A stretch of DNA of 64,000 nt. It comes from Dehalococcoidia bacterium (lineage in GTDB: Bacteria; Chloroflexota; Dehalococcoidia; SZUA-161; SpSt-899). The position numbers were made by a program, and so were the translations under genes. Under the pieces are notes generated by a model. It had not been told where the DNA came from. It made no database searches and saw only the letters and a list, made by a program, of their open reading frames with translations. Positions 30,337-40,752 of this stretch are shown piece by piece; position 1 is the stretch's first letter, and each line of letters begins with the position of its first letter. The stretch is from the NCBI GenBank assembly GCA_048539495.1, contig JBLYPS010000001.1, positions 82,038-146,037 on the forward strand, in the 5' to 3' direction.

Positions 30337-31063
30337 AGTAAAGGAATATGCAGAAAAGCATATTTCCACTTTTCATCAAAAACGACTTGAATATGTTTCA
30401 ACTACAATTAAATTAGATAAAATTCTTAAGCAGAAAAATCCTTATTTATTCAGGGCTAAAAATATTTTGACTGCCCAAGACTTAATAAAAGGTTTTTTAG
30501 ATGCCTTTCTTCAATCTCAGGAAGAAACTTTATTTGGTGAATTTATTGAGGGTTTAGCAATTTTTGTATGCAACAAAGTTTTTAGCGCGAAAAAACCACC
30601 GTTAACAGGAATTGATTTGGAATTTGAAAAAGAAAATTGCATCTACATTGTAGAAATAAAAGCTGGATGGAATTGGGGCAATGCAAGCCAAATTAAGCAG
30701 TTGAAAATTAATTTTGAAAATGCCAAAATTTTTTTAGAAAAACAGACAGGCAAAAAAGTCATTGCTGTAAACGGATGTTGTTTTGGAAAAAAGAAAAATA
30801 GAAACCCTGAAAAAGATGGTTACTATAAAATTTGTGGACAAGAATTTTGGCAATTAATTTCGGGAAGTGAAAATTTATATGTTGATATTATTGAACCGAT
30901 TGGGCACAAGGCAAAACAAAAAAATGAAGAATTTCTCGAATCTTATGCTGTTGTCGTAAATAAATTTACATTAGAATTTGCTCAACGGTTTTGTATAGAT
31001 GGGAAAATTGATTGGAAGAAACTTTTGGAATTTAATTCAGGACAAATAAAGGAACATAAATAA
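30317..31063 (+). CDS. PD-(D/E)XK nuclease-like protein (candidate restriction endonuclease subunit)
   Basis: GIDLEF...ENCIYIVEIKAG gives a D...E-x-K arrangement. About 30% GC. Confidence 0.5.
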   Translation: MKLNLNEVKEYAEKHISTFHQKRLEYVSTTIKLDKILKQKNPYLFRAKNILTAQDLIKGFLDAFLQSQEETLFGEFIEGLAIFVCNKVFSAKKPPLTGIDLEFEKENCIYIVEIKAGWNWGNASQIKQLKINFENAKIFLEKQTGKKVIAVNGCCFGKKKNRNPEKDGYYKICGQEFWQLISGSENLYVDIIEPIGHKAKQKNEEFLESYAVVVNKFTLEFAQRFCIDGKIDWKKLLEFNSGQIKEHK

Positions 31064-31086
31064 TGAGTTTCTATCCGTAAATTAGA

Positions 31087-31728
31087 ATGGCATTATTCTC
31101 TTTTATCCATTCTTTGAACACTATATTTGGGACATCTATTTTTGAGCCTGTTGCTGAAACGATAGCAAGTTTGAGTTTTGAATTCGCACAAAAACAGTAT
31201 ATAATTGGCGACACTATAAGTGAACAAGCCCAGTCTGAAATTCAACGTATTATGAATGATCTTACGATAGGAAAAACACCAAACAAGACTGAAGAAATAG
31301 AAAGGCTAAGAAAAGTATGCAATAAAGGAAGAATGAACAAATTAAAAACTGTAAAAGTAGATTTATTTGTTCAAAGCGCTGATGAAACAGCCTATTTATT
31401 TGATTTAAAAACAGCCAAACCGAATATCAGCAATTTTAAAGACTTTAAAAGAACATTGTTAGAATGGGTTGCCATTTTTTTGGCAAGAAATCCTGACGCA
31501 AAGGTGAGCTCATATATTGCTATTCCCTATAATCCCTATGAACCAAAACCTTATGAAAGGTGGACGCTAAAAGGAATGTTAGATCTGGATCAAGAATTAA
31601 AGGTGGCAGAAGAACTATGGAATTTTCTGGGGAATGATGCTGTCTATGGAGAATTACTAAATTGTTTTGAAAAAGCAGGTATTGAATTAGGACCAGAAAT
31701 TGATGCCTATTTTTCAAAATTCAAGTAA
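31087..31728 (+). CDS. PD-(D/E)XK nuclease-like protein, distant paralogue of the preceding gene
   Basis: VDLFV...AYLFDLKTAK gives D...D-x-K. Same motif spacing and context as 30317..31063. Confidence 0.45.
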   Translation: MALFSFIHSLNTIFGTSIFEPVAETIASLSFEFAQKQYIIGDTISEQAQSEIQRIMNDLTIGKTPNKTEEIERLRKVCNKGRMNKLKTVKVDLFVQSADETAYLFDLKTAKPNISNFKDFKRTLLEWVAIFLARNPDAKVSSYIAIPYNPYEPKPYERWTLKGMLDLDQELKVAEELWNFLGNDAVYGELLNCFEKAGIELGPEIDAYFSKFK

Positions 31729-31863
31729 AAAGCAATAGGGCAATAGGATTAAGGGTGAAAATGCCCACAACGACAGATAACACGAGCTATACGGCTCACT
31801 TCATCCGCCCAAAGTTCGGCTTCGCCGAAACTTCGTATATGATGAAAACGTTGGAGGAAGATA

Positions 31864-32826
31864 ATGTATGAAGTCGAGCTGATAACCATCGAGGAAAGGG
31901 ATGCCATAATAAGCAAATACGAGAAGCTGATAACCTGGCAGAGGAAGGCTAACATCAACGGAGCGTGCATAAAATTCTTCACCAACAATAAGCTGTTCAA
32001 GGAGATGTGGGAGGACAATTTCTGGTTCATGAGCGATGATGTTCGTCCCCATGCAAGGGTCTTCGCCCTGGAGGCCGGGGGGGAACTCAGGGTCTATTAT
32101 GAGCCAATATCGAAAACGGTGATTATCCTCGATTGCGATTACTACGGCTGGGTAAAGTCGATCACCCTTGCCCTCACGGCGGATCTCTTTGAAGATTACC
32201 ACTCGGCTCGAAGAAGATTTTCCGTCCATGGGGCGGCTTTAGACTTCGGTGGCATAGGTATAACCATCATCAGTCCCTCGGGGACGGGGAAAACCACACT
32301 TGCCCTCGGTCTGCTGCTATTTGAAGAGGGGAGCCGGCTGGTCTCGGAGGACTGGTACTTCGTTCTACCATCGAGGAAGTATTTTGTTGCCTCTGCATCG
32401 GAGAAAGAAATTTACGTGAGGGGTGATATAGGAGATATCTGGCCGCAGTACCGGATTATGGTTAAGGAGGGCGTGTCCGACCCTAAGGGAAGAGCGATCA
32501 CCGACCTGACGCGAGCGCTCGGAGAGGGCAGGACGATCCAACAGACGACGATAAGAAGTGCCGTGCTGCTCAAGAGGGATTACCATGATGAGGAAACGGT
32601 AAAGGGGCTTACCTCCCCGGAAGCACTGGAATTTATGAAATCCAACGATTTTTGTAACCCTCATCAACTGGTCAGGACGGAAGCCAAGCACAGAATAAGG
32701 ACGGAATTCTTCGAGAGGTATTTTGCCAGCCTGGACCGTATTTACATTGTTAACACCATTCTCAAGCCGGAGGAGACTCTAAACAGGGTAAGGGGATTGC
32801 TGTCAGACGGAGGTTTATTGGGATGA
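31864..32826 (+). CDS. HPr-kinase C-terminal-domain-like P-loop protein
   Basis: GIGITIISPSGTGKTTLALGLLLFEEGSRLVSEDWYFV parallels the HprK_C P-loop (GxSGxGKS..AL.L...G..LVaDD). Confidence 0.45.
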   Translation: MYEVELITIEERDAIISKYEKLITWQRKANINGACIKFFTNNKLFKEMWEDNFWFMSDDVRPHARVFALEAGGELRVYYEPISKTVIILDCDYYGWVKSITLALTADLFEDYHSARRRFSVHGAALDFGGIGITIISPSGTGKTTLALGLLLFEEGSRLVSEDWYFVLPSRKYFVASASEKEIYVRGDIGDIWPQYRIMVKEGVSDPKGRAITDLTRALGEGRTIQQTTIRSAVLLKRDYHDEETVKGLTSPEALEFMKSNDFCNPHQLVRTEAKHRIRTEFFERYFASLDRIYIVNTILKPEETLNRVRGLLSDGGLLG

Positions 32827-33968
32827 AGGCGATACTGGTATTAGAAGATGGGACGGTGGTTGAGGGAAAGGGATTTGGATCTATTGGCAAAGCCCGGGGA
32901 GAGATCGTCTTCGCCACCGGAATGAGCGGCTACGTTGAATCATTAACTGATCCCTCCTATGCCGGCCAGACGCTGATGTTCACCTACCCCTTGATAGGGA
33001 ATTATGGGGTCAATGAGGAGGACTATGAATCGGATGGAATAAAGGTGGAAGGGATTGTGGTAAGGGAAGTCTGCCACCGGCCGAGCAACTGGAGATCCCA
33101 GAAGAATCTGGAGGAGTTTGCGCTTGAATTCCAGACCCCCGGTATTTGTGGAATCGACACCCGTCGCCTCACCAGAAAGATCAGGACCCATGGAACGATG
33201 AAAAGCGTCCTTCAGACGTTTGCCGGAGGTGAGGAGGTGAACCTGGAGGCTTTGAAGAGGGAAGTTAGGGAACAGAAGGGCATCTCCGAATTGAATCTGG
33301 TGGGGGGAGTCACCACGGTCGGGGCTAAACGAGTCAAGAGTCAAGAGTCGAGAGTCACGGGGAGGGGGACTCCAGACTCTGGACTCTGGACTCTGGACTC
33401 CAGATATGAGGTGGTGCTCGTAGACTGCGGTGCCAAGAGGAGCATCACGGAGAATCTACTGTGCCGGGGAATAAACGTCACCCTTCTTCCTTTCAACACT
33501 TCAGCGGAGGAAATTCTAGGTTATAATCCCGATGCGGTGTTGATTTCCAATGGCCCGGGCGACCCGGCGGTGGTGAAGGAAACCATCGCCACGGTGAGTA
33601 AGCTCATCGGCAAAACCGTGCTTTACGGAATCTGCCTCGGGCAGCAGATCATCTCCCTTGCACTGGGTGCCCGAACATATAAGCTGAAGTTCGGGCATCG
33701 GGGTTTGAATCAGCCGGTGAAAGACTTTGAAACAGGGAGGGTCTTTATTTCCACCCAGAACCACGGCTTCGCCGTTGCCGAGGAGGGGCTGGCGGAAATC
33801 GGGCTCGAGGTGACCCACATCAATCTGAATGATAATACCATTGAGGGCTTGAAACATAAGGAGCTCCCCATCAGAATGGTTCAGTATCACCCGGAAGCCG
33901 GACCCGGCCCGCATGACACCTATTCCTTCTTCGATTCGTTGATGGACGACATTTCCCGGAGGCATTAA
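32823..33968 (+). CDS. carA: carbamoyl-phosphate synthase small subunit (glutamine amidotransferase)
   Basis: MKAILVLEDGTVVEGKGFG.., GICLGQQ (catalytic Cys) and the HPE motif. Heptamer element 33331..33404 lies in frame at the inter-domain linker. Confidence 0.9.
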   Translation: MKAILVLEDGTVVEGKGFGSIGKARGEIVFATGMSGYVESLTDPSYAGQTLMFTYPLIGNYGVNEEDYESDGIKVEGIVVREVCHRPSNWRSQKNLEEFALEFQTPGICGIDTRRLTRKIRTHGTMKSVLQTFAGGEEVNLEALKREVREQKGISELNLVGGVTTVGAKRVKSQESRVTGRGTPDSGLWTLDSRYEVVLVDCGAKRSITENLLCRGINVTLLPFNTSAEEILGYNPDAVLISNGPGDPAVVKETIATVSKLIGKTVLYGICLGQQIISLALGARTYKLKFGHRGLNQPVKDFETGRVFISTQNHGFAVAEEGLAEIGLEVTHINLNDNTIEGLKHKELPIRMVQYHPEAGPGPHDTYSFFDSLMDDISRRH

Positions 33969-34012
33969 GATGCAATGCCGCAAAACAGGAAGTCTGTAAT
34001 GAAAATATATTC

Positions 34013-35482
34013 ATGGGGGATCAAATGACAATAATACCAAAATGCATGAGCACCCAACATCCTGACAATGTGAATCCCCCGTTTTTTGCCGAGAACACTG
34101 TACTTGGCGGAGAGGACGAGATACAAGAAGTATACTATGTCTTTTCTCATTTAGGTTGTGATGAGCAGATGTGGGATTATGAAGGGAAGGAAGTTGATAA
34201 TTATGTAGTTAAAAAACTGTTGACAAGATACGAACCTTTTTTCAGGGATAAAAGACTAGGCAAAGATGTCTTTGTAACCTTAAGAGTGCCTAATCCTACT
34301 GAAGAAAAAGCCGAGGCAAAAATTTTATTGGAAACCCTGGAAAGCATACCCAGGTCATTTGATGCCGCTAAATTATTTTACCGAGATGATACACCTCCAA
34401 TATTCGAGGTTATCTTACCAATGACAGCCTCTCCCGAGTGTATTGATAGGATTTATAGGTATTATTGCGATTTCCTTGTAGGCAGGAGAAATAAACCACT
34501 TAAAAAAGGCGATATAACAATTGCTGAATGGGTTGGAGAATTCAAGCCTGAAAGAATTAACGTCATACCTCTCTTCGAAGACATGAAACACATGCTTGAT
34601 GCCCACAATATAACAAGAACATACTTACAGGACAAGGATTTAGAATACCAGAGAGTTTTTCTGGCACGCTCGGATCCAGCAATGAATTACGGGCTTGTTA
34701 GCACTGTTTTTGTAAATAAAATTGCCCTTCAAAGATTACACAAATTATCTGAGGATATTGGTGTTAAAATATACCCTATCATTGGTATGGGGTCAGCTCC
34801 TTTTAGAGGCAATCTCAAACCACAGACAGTAGAAAGGGTGGCAAAAGAATATCCAAGCATTCATACATTTACCATTCAATCCGCATTTAAATATGACAAC
34901 CACCCTGATGAAGTTAGAGAAGCTATAAGAAAGCTACAAAAAAGAAAAATAGAGCCACCTCAGGAAGTAGATGAGGAGAGATGCTTGGAAATAGTTAGGA
35001 AATGTTCTCAAGAATACCAAACCCAAATAGAAGGATTAGCACCAGTGATCAATGAGGTTGCCAAGTATGTTCCGCCTAGAAGGAAGAGGAAATTACATAT
35101 CGGGCTATTCGGCTATGCCCGTAGTATGAGAGGAATTACATTACCAAGGGCAATAACATTTACCGCCGCCCTTTATTCTATAGGTTTGCCACCAGAAATT
35201 CTTGGTTTGAATGCTTTGGATGAAGGTGACATTCAATTTATTAAGAAGGTTTACGTAAACTTTGAAGATGATTTAAGAGATTCCCTAAAATACGTTAACC
35301 CGGATACAGGTTTCCTACCCCAAAATCTGAAAGCAAGGGTTAGAGATTTTCCGATAGATATCGAAGTTAATGAAGAGCACAAAGAAATAACAGACTATGT
35401 TCTGAGTTCATTAAGAGAAAACAGGGGCGATTTAGGAAATTATGTTTTAAGAGCAGCTAATTTAAGAAAATTCCTTGGATGA
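34013..35482 (+). CDS. ppcA: archaeal-type phosphoenolpyruvate carboxylase (atPEPC/PpcA)
   Basis: The N-terminus ...IPKCMSTQHPDN is diagnostic of atPEPC. About 490 aa. GC is clearly lower than the flanking carA and carB. Confidence 0.8.
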   Translation: MGDQMTIIPKCMSTQHPDNVNPPFFAENTVLGGEDEIQEVYYVFSHLGCDEQMWDYEGKEVDNYVVKKLLTRYEPFFRDKRLGKDVFVTLRVPNPTEEKAEAKILLETLESIPRSFDAAKLFYRDDTPPIFEVILPMTASPECIDRIYRYYCDFLVGRRNKPLKKGDITIAEWVGEFKPERINVIPLFEDMKHMLDAHNITRTYLQDKDLEYQRVFLARSDPAMNYGLVSTVFVNKIALQRLHKLSEDIGVKIYPIIGMGSAPFRGNLKPQTVERVAKEYPSIHTFTIQSAFKYDNHPDEVREAIRKLQKRKIEPPQEVDEERCLEIVRKCSQEYQTQIEGLAPVINEVAKYVPPRRKRKLHIGLFGYARSMRGITLPRAITFTAALYSIGLPPEILGLNALDEGDIQFIKKVYVNFEDDLRDSLKYVNPDTGFLPQNLKARVRDFPIDIEVNEEHKEITDYVLSSLRENRGDLGNYVLRAANLRKFLG

Positions 35483-35619
35483 TGTCCAGACTTTTGTTCG
35501 CTATCGCTCAATACCACACAACACGAAAGGGAAATCATTTATTCAGCCATATGGTTGATAGCCGCAGGGAAAATGAAAGGGAAGGCAACCCAAAATGATA
35601 AAAGACATGGAGGACAGGA

Positions 35620-38469
35620 ATGCCAAGAAGGTCTGATATAGAAAGGATCCTGCTCATCGGGTCCGGCCCGATCATCATCGGGCAGGGCTGCGAGTTCGAT
35701 TACTCCGGGAGCCAGGCTTGCAAGGCGCTGCGGGAGGAGGGCTATGAAGTCATTCTGGTCAATTCGAACCCGGCAACGATCATGACCGACCCGGAGATGG
35801 CAGTGGCGACTTACATCGAACCATTGACCCCAGAGGTGATCGAAAAAATAATCGAGAAAGAAAGACCGGACGCTCTCCTCCCCACCCTCGGCGGTCAAGT
35901 TGGACTGAACATCGCCGCCGAGCTCTCCGAACGGGGAGTCCTCCAGAAATATAACGTGGAGCTTATCGGGGCCAAGTTCGAGGCAATCAGAAAGGCCGAA
36001 GATAGGATTCTCTTCAAGGAGGCAATGGAAAGGATAGGCCTGCGGACTCCGCGGAGCAAAGAGGCTTATTCGGCGGAAGAGGCGACAAAAATTGCCGAGG
36101 AGATCGGCTACCCCGTGGTTATCAGGCCGGCCTACACCCTGGGGGGAACCGGGGGCGGAATAGCCTTCAACCGGGAGGAGCTGGAGGTGATATCCGCCAG
36201 GGGCATAGAGTTCAGCCGCATCGGGCAGGTTCTTATTGAGGAGTCGGTCATCGGTTGGAAGGAATATGAGCTTGAGGTGATGAGGGACCTGGCCGACAAT
36301 GTGGTTATCATCTGCTCGATAGAGAACCTGGACCCCATGGGGGTTCACACCGGCGACAGCATCACCTGCGCTCCAGCCCAGACTTTGACCGACAGGGAAT
36401 ATCAGGAGATGCGCGATGCTTCCATAAAGGTCATGCGAGAAATTGGTGTTGAAACCGGGGGCTCGAATATTCAGTTTGCCGTAAATCCCCAAAACGGAGA
36501 AATGGTAGTCATCGAAATGAATCCCCGGGTGAGCCGAAGCTCCGCCCTAGCATCAAAGGCCACCGGATTCCCCATTGCTAAGATCGCCGCCAAACTCGCC
36601 GTCGGGCTCACCCTGGATGAGATACCGAATGATATAACGAAGGAAACCCCCGCCTCTTTCGAGCCAACCATAGATTATGTAGTGGTCAAGATGCCCCGAT
36701 GGCCCTTCGATAAGTTCCCCGAGGCGGATAAGACGCTCACCACGCAGATGAAATCGATCGGCGAGGCGATGGCACTGGGGAGGACATTTGAGGAAGCCTT
36801 GCAGAAGGCGGTGAGGTCGTTGGAGATCGGGAAGTACGGATTAACGAGTCGAGGGTCAAGAGTCGAGAGTCCAGAATCACGGGGAGAGGGACTCCAGTTG
36901 ACGGGCAAGATGCCCGTCCTACCAGACTCCAGACTCCAGACTCCAGATAGTCTTGGGGAGGAATTGCTCAACAAGCTGAGATTCCCGGTCGCCGAAAGAA
37001 TCTTCCTCGTCGCAGAGGCTTTCAAAAGGGGAATTCGTGTGGAAGAGGTGGCCGAACTCACCAGGATCGACCCCTGGTTTCTGGAGAAGGTCAAGAACAT
37101 CACGAGTCTAGAGTCTAGAGTCGAGAGACTCCAGTTGACGGGCAAGATGCCCGTCCTACCAGACTCCAGACTCCAGACTTCAAATCTCATCCCCCGGGAG
37201 CTAATGCTCGAGGCGAAGAGGATGGGTTTCTCCGATAGACAACTCGCTGATCTCTTGAAGACCGATGAGCTGGAGCTTCGGGGCAAAAGAAAGGAAATGG
37301 GGATAGTTCCAACATATAAGCTGGTGGATACCTGCGCCGCCGAGTTCGAGGCCAAGACTCCTTATTACTACTCTTGTTATGAAGATGAGGATGAAGTCGA
37401 GGTAACGCCAAGAAAGAAAATGCTCATAATCGGCGGGGGGCCGAACAGGATAGGGCAGGGTATTGAGTTTGACTATTGCTGCGTTCAGGCGGTTTTTGCC
37501 CTCAAGGAAGAGGGGTATGAAACCATAATGGTAAATTGCAATCCAGAGACGGTGAGCACAGACTACGACACCGCGGATAGACTATACTTTGAGCCTTTGA
37601 CCTTCGAGGATGTCTTAAACATCATCGAAAAAGAAAAGCCCGATGGAGTGATTGTTCAGTTCGGCGGTCAGACGCCTTTGAATCTGGCTATCCCTCTGGA
37701 GAAAGCGGGGGCGAGAATAATAGGAACCTCCACCAATTCCATTGATATGGCCGAAGATAGAAAAAGATTCAGCGCGCTCTTGCTAAGATTGGGCATTCCT
37801 CAGGCTGAGAATGGGACCGCTCTCTCCCTTGAGGAGGCGCTGAAGATAGCAGCAAGGATTGGTTACCCTGTTCTGGTCAGGCCTTCCTATGTGCTGGGTG
37901 GGAGGGGAATGGAGATAGTTTACGACGAGGAAACTCTGGTGAGGTACATGCGGGCAGCAATAGAAATATCTCCGGGAAAGCCGGTCCTGGTAGACAAGTT
38001 CTTGGAAGAGGCCACCGAGGTTGAGGTGGATGCCATCTTCGATGGGGAGGATCTCATGATCGGAGGGATAATGGAGCACATCGAGGAAGCGGGGATCCAT
38101 TCCGGTGACAGCGCCTGTGCTTTGCCCCCCCAGAACCTGGCCACTGAGACCCTAAGGGTGATAAGGGATTATACCGACAAGATCGCCCGGGAGCTGGATG
38201 TGAGAGGGTTGATGAACATCCAGTTTGCGGTGAAGGACGGGAGGGTGTATGTCCTGGAGGTGAATCCAAGAGCGTCCCGGACTGTGCCCTATATTAGCAA
38301 GGCGAGCGGCGTTCCCCTGGCGAAGATAGCCGCTAAAGTGTTGCTGGGCAAAACCTTAAAGGAACTGGGGGTGATGCGAGTCGAGAGTCGTCGAGAGTCG
38401 AGAGTCGGGGAGGGGTGGGGGACTCCAGAGCGAAGCGTCTCCAGACTCCAGACTCAAAACTTCCTGTAG
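35620..38469 (+). CDS. carB: carbamoyl-phosphate synthase large subunit, N-terminal about 90% (frame ends inside a heptamer element)
   Basis: Both ATP-grasp halves (two GSGPI(V)IGQG.EFDYSG motifs) and the oligomerisation domain, with in-frame elements at 36846..36946 and 37103..37183. The frame terminates at 38469 inside element 38377..38454. Confidence 0.85.
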   Translation: MPRRSDIERILLIGSGPIIIGQGCEFDYSGSQACKALREEGYEVILVNSNPATIMTDPEMAVATYIEPLTPEVIEKIIEKERPDALLPTLGGQVGLNIAAELSERGVLQKYNVELIGAKFEAIRKAEDRILFKEAMERIGLRTPRSKEAYSAEEATKIAEEIGYPVVIRPAYTLGGTGGGIAFNREELEVISARGIEFSRIGQVLIEESVIGWKEYELEVMRDLADNVVIICSIENLDPMGVHTGDSITCAPAQTLTDREYQEMRDASIKVMREIGVETGGSNIQFAVNPQNGEMVVIEMNPRVSRSSALASKATGFPIAKIAAKLAVGLTLDEIPNDITKETPASFEPTIDYVVVKMPRWPFDKFPEADKTLTTQMKSIGEAMALGRTFEEALQKAVRSLEIGKYGLTSRGSRVESPESRGEGLQLTGKMPVLPDSRLQTPDSLGEELLNKLRFPVAERIFLVAEAFKRGIRVEEVAELTRIDPWFLEKVKNITSLESRVERLQLTGKMPVLPDSRLQTSNLIPRELMLEAKRMGFSDRQLADLLKTDELELRGKRKEMGIVPTYKLVDTCAAEFEAKTPYYYSCYEDEDEVEVTPRKKMLIIGGGPNRIGQGIEFDYCCVQAVFALKEEGYETIMVNCNPETVSTDYDTADRLYFEPLTFEDVLNIIEKEKPDGVIVQFGGQTPLNLAIPLEKAGARIIGTSTNSIDMAEDRKRFSALLLRLGIPQAENGTALSLEEALKIAARIGYPVLVRPSYVLGGRGMEIVYDEETLVRYMRAAIEISPGKPVLVDKFLEEATEVEVDAIFDGEDLMIGGIMEHIEEAGIHSGDSACALPPQNLATETLRVIRDYTDKIARELDVRGLMNIQFAVKDGRVYVLEVNPRASRTVPYISKASGVPLAKIAAKVLLGKTLKELGVMRVESRRESRVGEGWGTPERSVSRLQTQNFL
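36846..36946. repeat. heptamer-armed element with REP core (TTGACGGGCAAGATGCCCGTCCTAC at 36898..36923) inside carB
   Basis: (GAGTCGAG-type 7-mers), the REP hairpin with its CTAC tail, then (AGACTCC)x3. In frame: [36 protein letters not shown]. Confidence 0.85.
37103..37183. repeat. second heptamer-armed element with REP core (37135..37160) inside carB
   Basis: gagtctagagtctagagtcgag, then the REP, then agactccagactccagact. In frame: [26 protein letters not shown]. Confidence 0.85.
38377..38454. repeat. degenerate heptamer-armed element at the carB frameshift point
   Basis: gagtcgagagtcgtcgagagtcgagagtc, core ggggaggggtggggg, then gactccagagcgaagcgtctccagactccagactc. The arm units are irregular. 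The two carB ORFs overlap here in different frames. Confidence 0.8.
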
Positions 38470-39182
38470 CGGTAAAGGAGGCCGTTTTCCCGTTCTCCAA
38501 GTTCCCCGAAGTGGATCCGATCCTCGGTCCGGAGATGAAATCGACCGGCGAGGTGATGGGAATCGATGCCGACTTCGGTGTAGCTTTCTACAAGGCTCAG
38601 CTCGGTGCCGGAATGAATCTACCTGCTGAAGGCACGGTGCTCATCACGATCGCCGATAAGGATAAAGCGCGAGTAGTTCCGGTCGCCAGAAAATTCCAGG
38701 AGCTAGGCTTCGAGATCCTGGCCACCTCGGGAACTCAGGCTTGTCTCTCGGACCACGGAATCGAAAGCAAGAAGGTCTTCAAGATTCACGAGGGGAGGCC
38801 GCACATCGTGGATTACGTGAAGAACAAAATGGTGGACATAATCATAAACACCCCGCTGGGCAAAAAGGCAAGATACGACGATAGTTATATCAGAAAATCA
38901 GCGGTGCGGTACAACGTTCCCTATTTCACCACCGTCTCCGGGGCGGGGGCGGCGGTGATGGGGATAGAGGCGATAAAGAACCAAAAGGTGTTTTTCGAGC
39001 CTATACAAACATATCATGCCAAAACGAGTCGAGAGTCTAGAGTCGAGAGTCGGGGAGGGGTGGGGGACTCCAGACTCCAGACTCGAAAGGGGGAGGAACC
39101 TAATGCGCAGCGATACGTTGAAAAAAGGTCTGCAACGGGCACCGCATCGGTCACTACTCAAGGCTTGTGGGGTGATGGATGA
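38415..39182 (+). CDS. carB: carbamoyl-phosphate synthase large subunit, C-terminal MGS-like domain fragment (separate frame)
   Basis: After the element: [43 protein letters not shown]...MGS domain. The likely biological end is near 39030 (EPIQTYHAK). The open frame runs through element 39026..39086 into ilvD. Confidence 0.7.
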   Translation: MGDSRAKRLQTPDSKLPVAVKEAVFPFSKFPEVDPILGPEMKSTGEVMGIDADFGVAFYKAQLGAGMNLPAEGTVLITIADKDKARVVPVARKFQELGFEILATSGTQACLSDHGIESKKVFKIHEGRPHIVDYVKNKMVDIIINTPLGKKARYDDSYIRKSAVRYNVPYFTTVSGAGAAVMGIEAIKNQKVFFEPIQTYHAKTSRESRVESRGGVGDSRLQTRKGEEPNAQRYVEKRSATGTASVTTQGLWGDG

Positions 39183-40752
39183 AGATATGGAGAAACCCTT
39201 CATTGCGGTGGTAAATTCATGGACCGAGATAGTGCCCGGACATATTCATCTTCGGGGGATAGCCGATGCCGTGAAAGAGGGCATAAGAGAGGCCGGGGGA
39301 CTGCCCTTCGAGTTTCACACCATCGCCGTATGCGATGGCCTGGCCATGGGGCACGATGGGATGCGATATTCCCTGCCATCGCGGGATGTTATCGCCAACT
39401 CCATCGAAATAATGGTGAGGGCCCATGCCCTGGACGGGATGGTGATGATCCCCGCCTGTGATGAGATCGTTCCCGGACACTTGATGGCAGCAGGCCGATT
39501 GGATATCCCCACCATCGTGGTTACCGGGGGGCCGATGTTGCCGGGGGAGTTCAAGGGCAAGAATGTGGATATAATTGATGTCTTCGAGGCGGTGGGCATG
39601 GTCAGCGATGGTAAGATGGGGATGGATGATCTAAAGGAGTTAGAGGGCTGTGCCTGCCCTGGTGCCGGGACCTGCGCCGGGATGTTTAGTGCCAATACCC
39701 TGGCCTGTGGGGTGGAGGCCCTCGGTCTGTCGCTGCCCGGTTGTGGTTGTGCCCACGCCGTGGATGCCAGAAAGATAAGGATTGCCCGGCAAAGCGGGAA
39801 GGAGATTGTGAGCCTGACAAGCCGTAATATCACCGCCAGAGAGATAATGACTTACGAAGCCTTTCTTAACTGGATCCGGGTGTCCCTGGCGGTAGCGGGG
39901 TCAACCAACGATGTGCTGGAGATACTGGCGATCGCCAGGGAAACCGGGATTGAGATGTCCCTAGATATATTCGATGAGCTGAGTAGAACCACCCCACATA
40001 TCTGCAATATGCGCCCCGGCGGCTCGTATACCTTGTGGGACCTGGATAGGGCGGGCGGGGTTCCGGCGATAATGAAACGGCTTGAGCCGCTGCTGAACCT
40101 GGAGTGTCTTACGGTTAGCGGCAGGACCGTGGGTGAAAACATCGCCTCGGTGAAGATCGCTAACGAGGATGTGATCAGGCCCCTCGACAATCCCGTTCAT
40201 GGTAGCGGTGGGTTAGCCATACTCTACGGAAGCCTGGCTCCTAAAGGGGCGGTAGTGAAACAGACAGCGGTGGTAGAGAGTATGCTACGAACAAGAGGGC
40301 GGGCTCGGGTCTTTGACTCCGAGGAGGAGGCTTTTGAGGCGATAACCGGCGGGAAGATACATCGAGGCGATGTGGTGGTTATTCGCTACGAAGGCCCGAA
40401 GGGGGGGCCGGGGATGAGGGAGATGCTTGGTCCCACCTCGGCTATCAGCGGCAGAGGGCTTGCCGACTCCGTGGCACTGGTCACCGATGGCAGATTCTCG
40501 GGCGGAACCCGTGGTCCGTGTATCGGACACATATCGCCTGAAGCGGCCGAGGGAGGGCCGATCGCCCTTGTTGCCGAGGGCGACTATATTTCTATAGACA
40601 TCCCCAACCGCCGGATAGACCTGGAGATCGACCAGACCGAATTTGAGAAGCGCAAAAGGGATTGGCGGCCCAGGAAAAAGGAGGTCAGGGGATACCTGCG
40701 GGAATATAGACAGGGTTGCTTGAGCCCCGAGCATGGTGCTAGCATGAAATAG
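39098..40752 (+). CDS. ilvD: dihydroxy-acid dehydratase
   Basis: [23 protein letters not shown]... and CDGLAMGH motifs. RBS gggagga lies before the ATG at 39098. The track ORF starts earlier by reading through element 39026..39086. Confidence 0.9.

Noticed and set aside
35539-36492. 317-aa minus-strand ORF at the start of carB
   Set aside because: Antisense to the conserved carB ATP-grasp region. No recognisable family.
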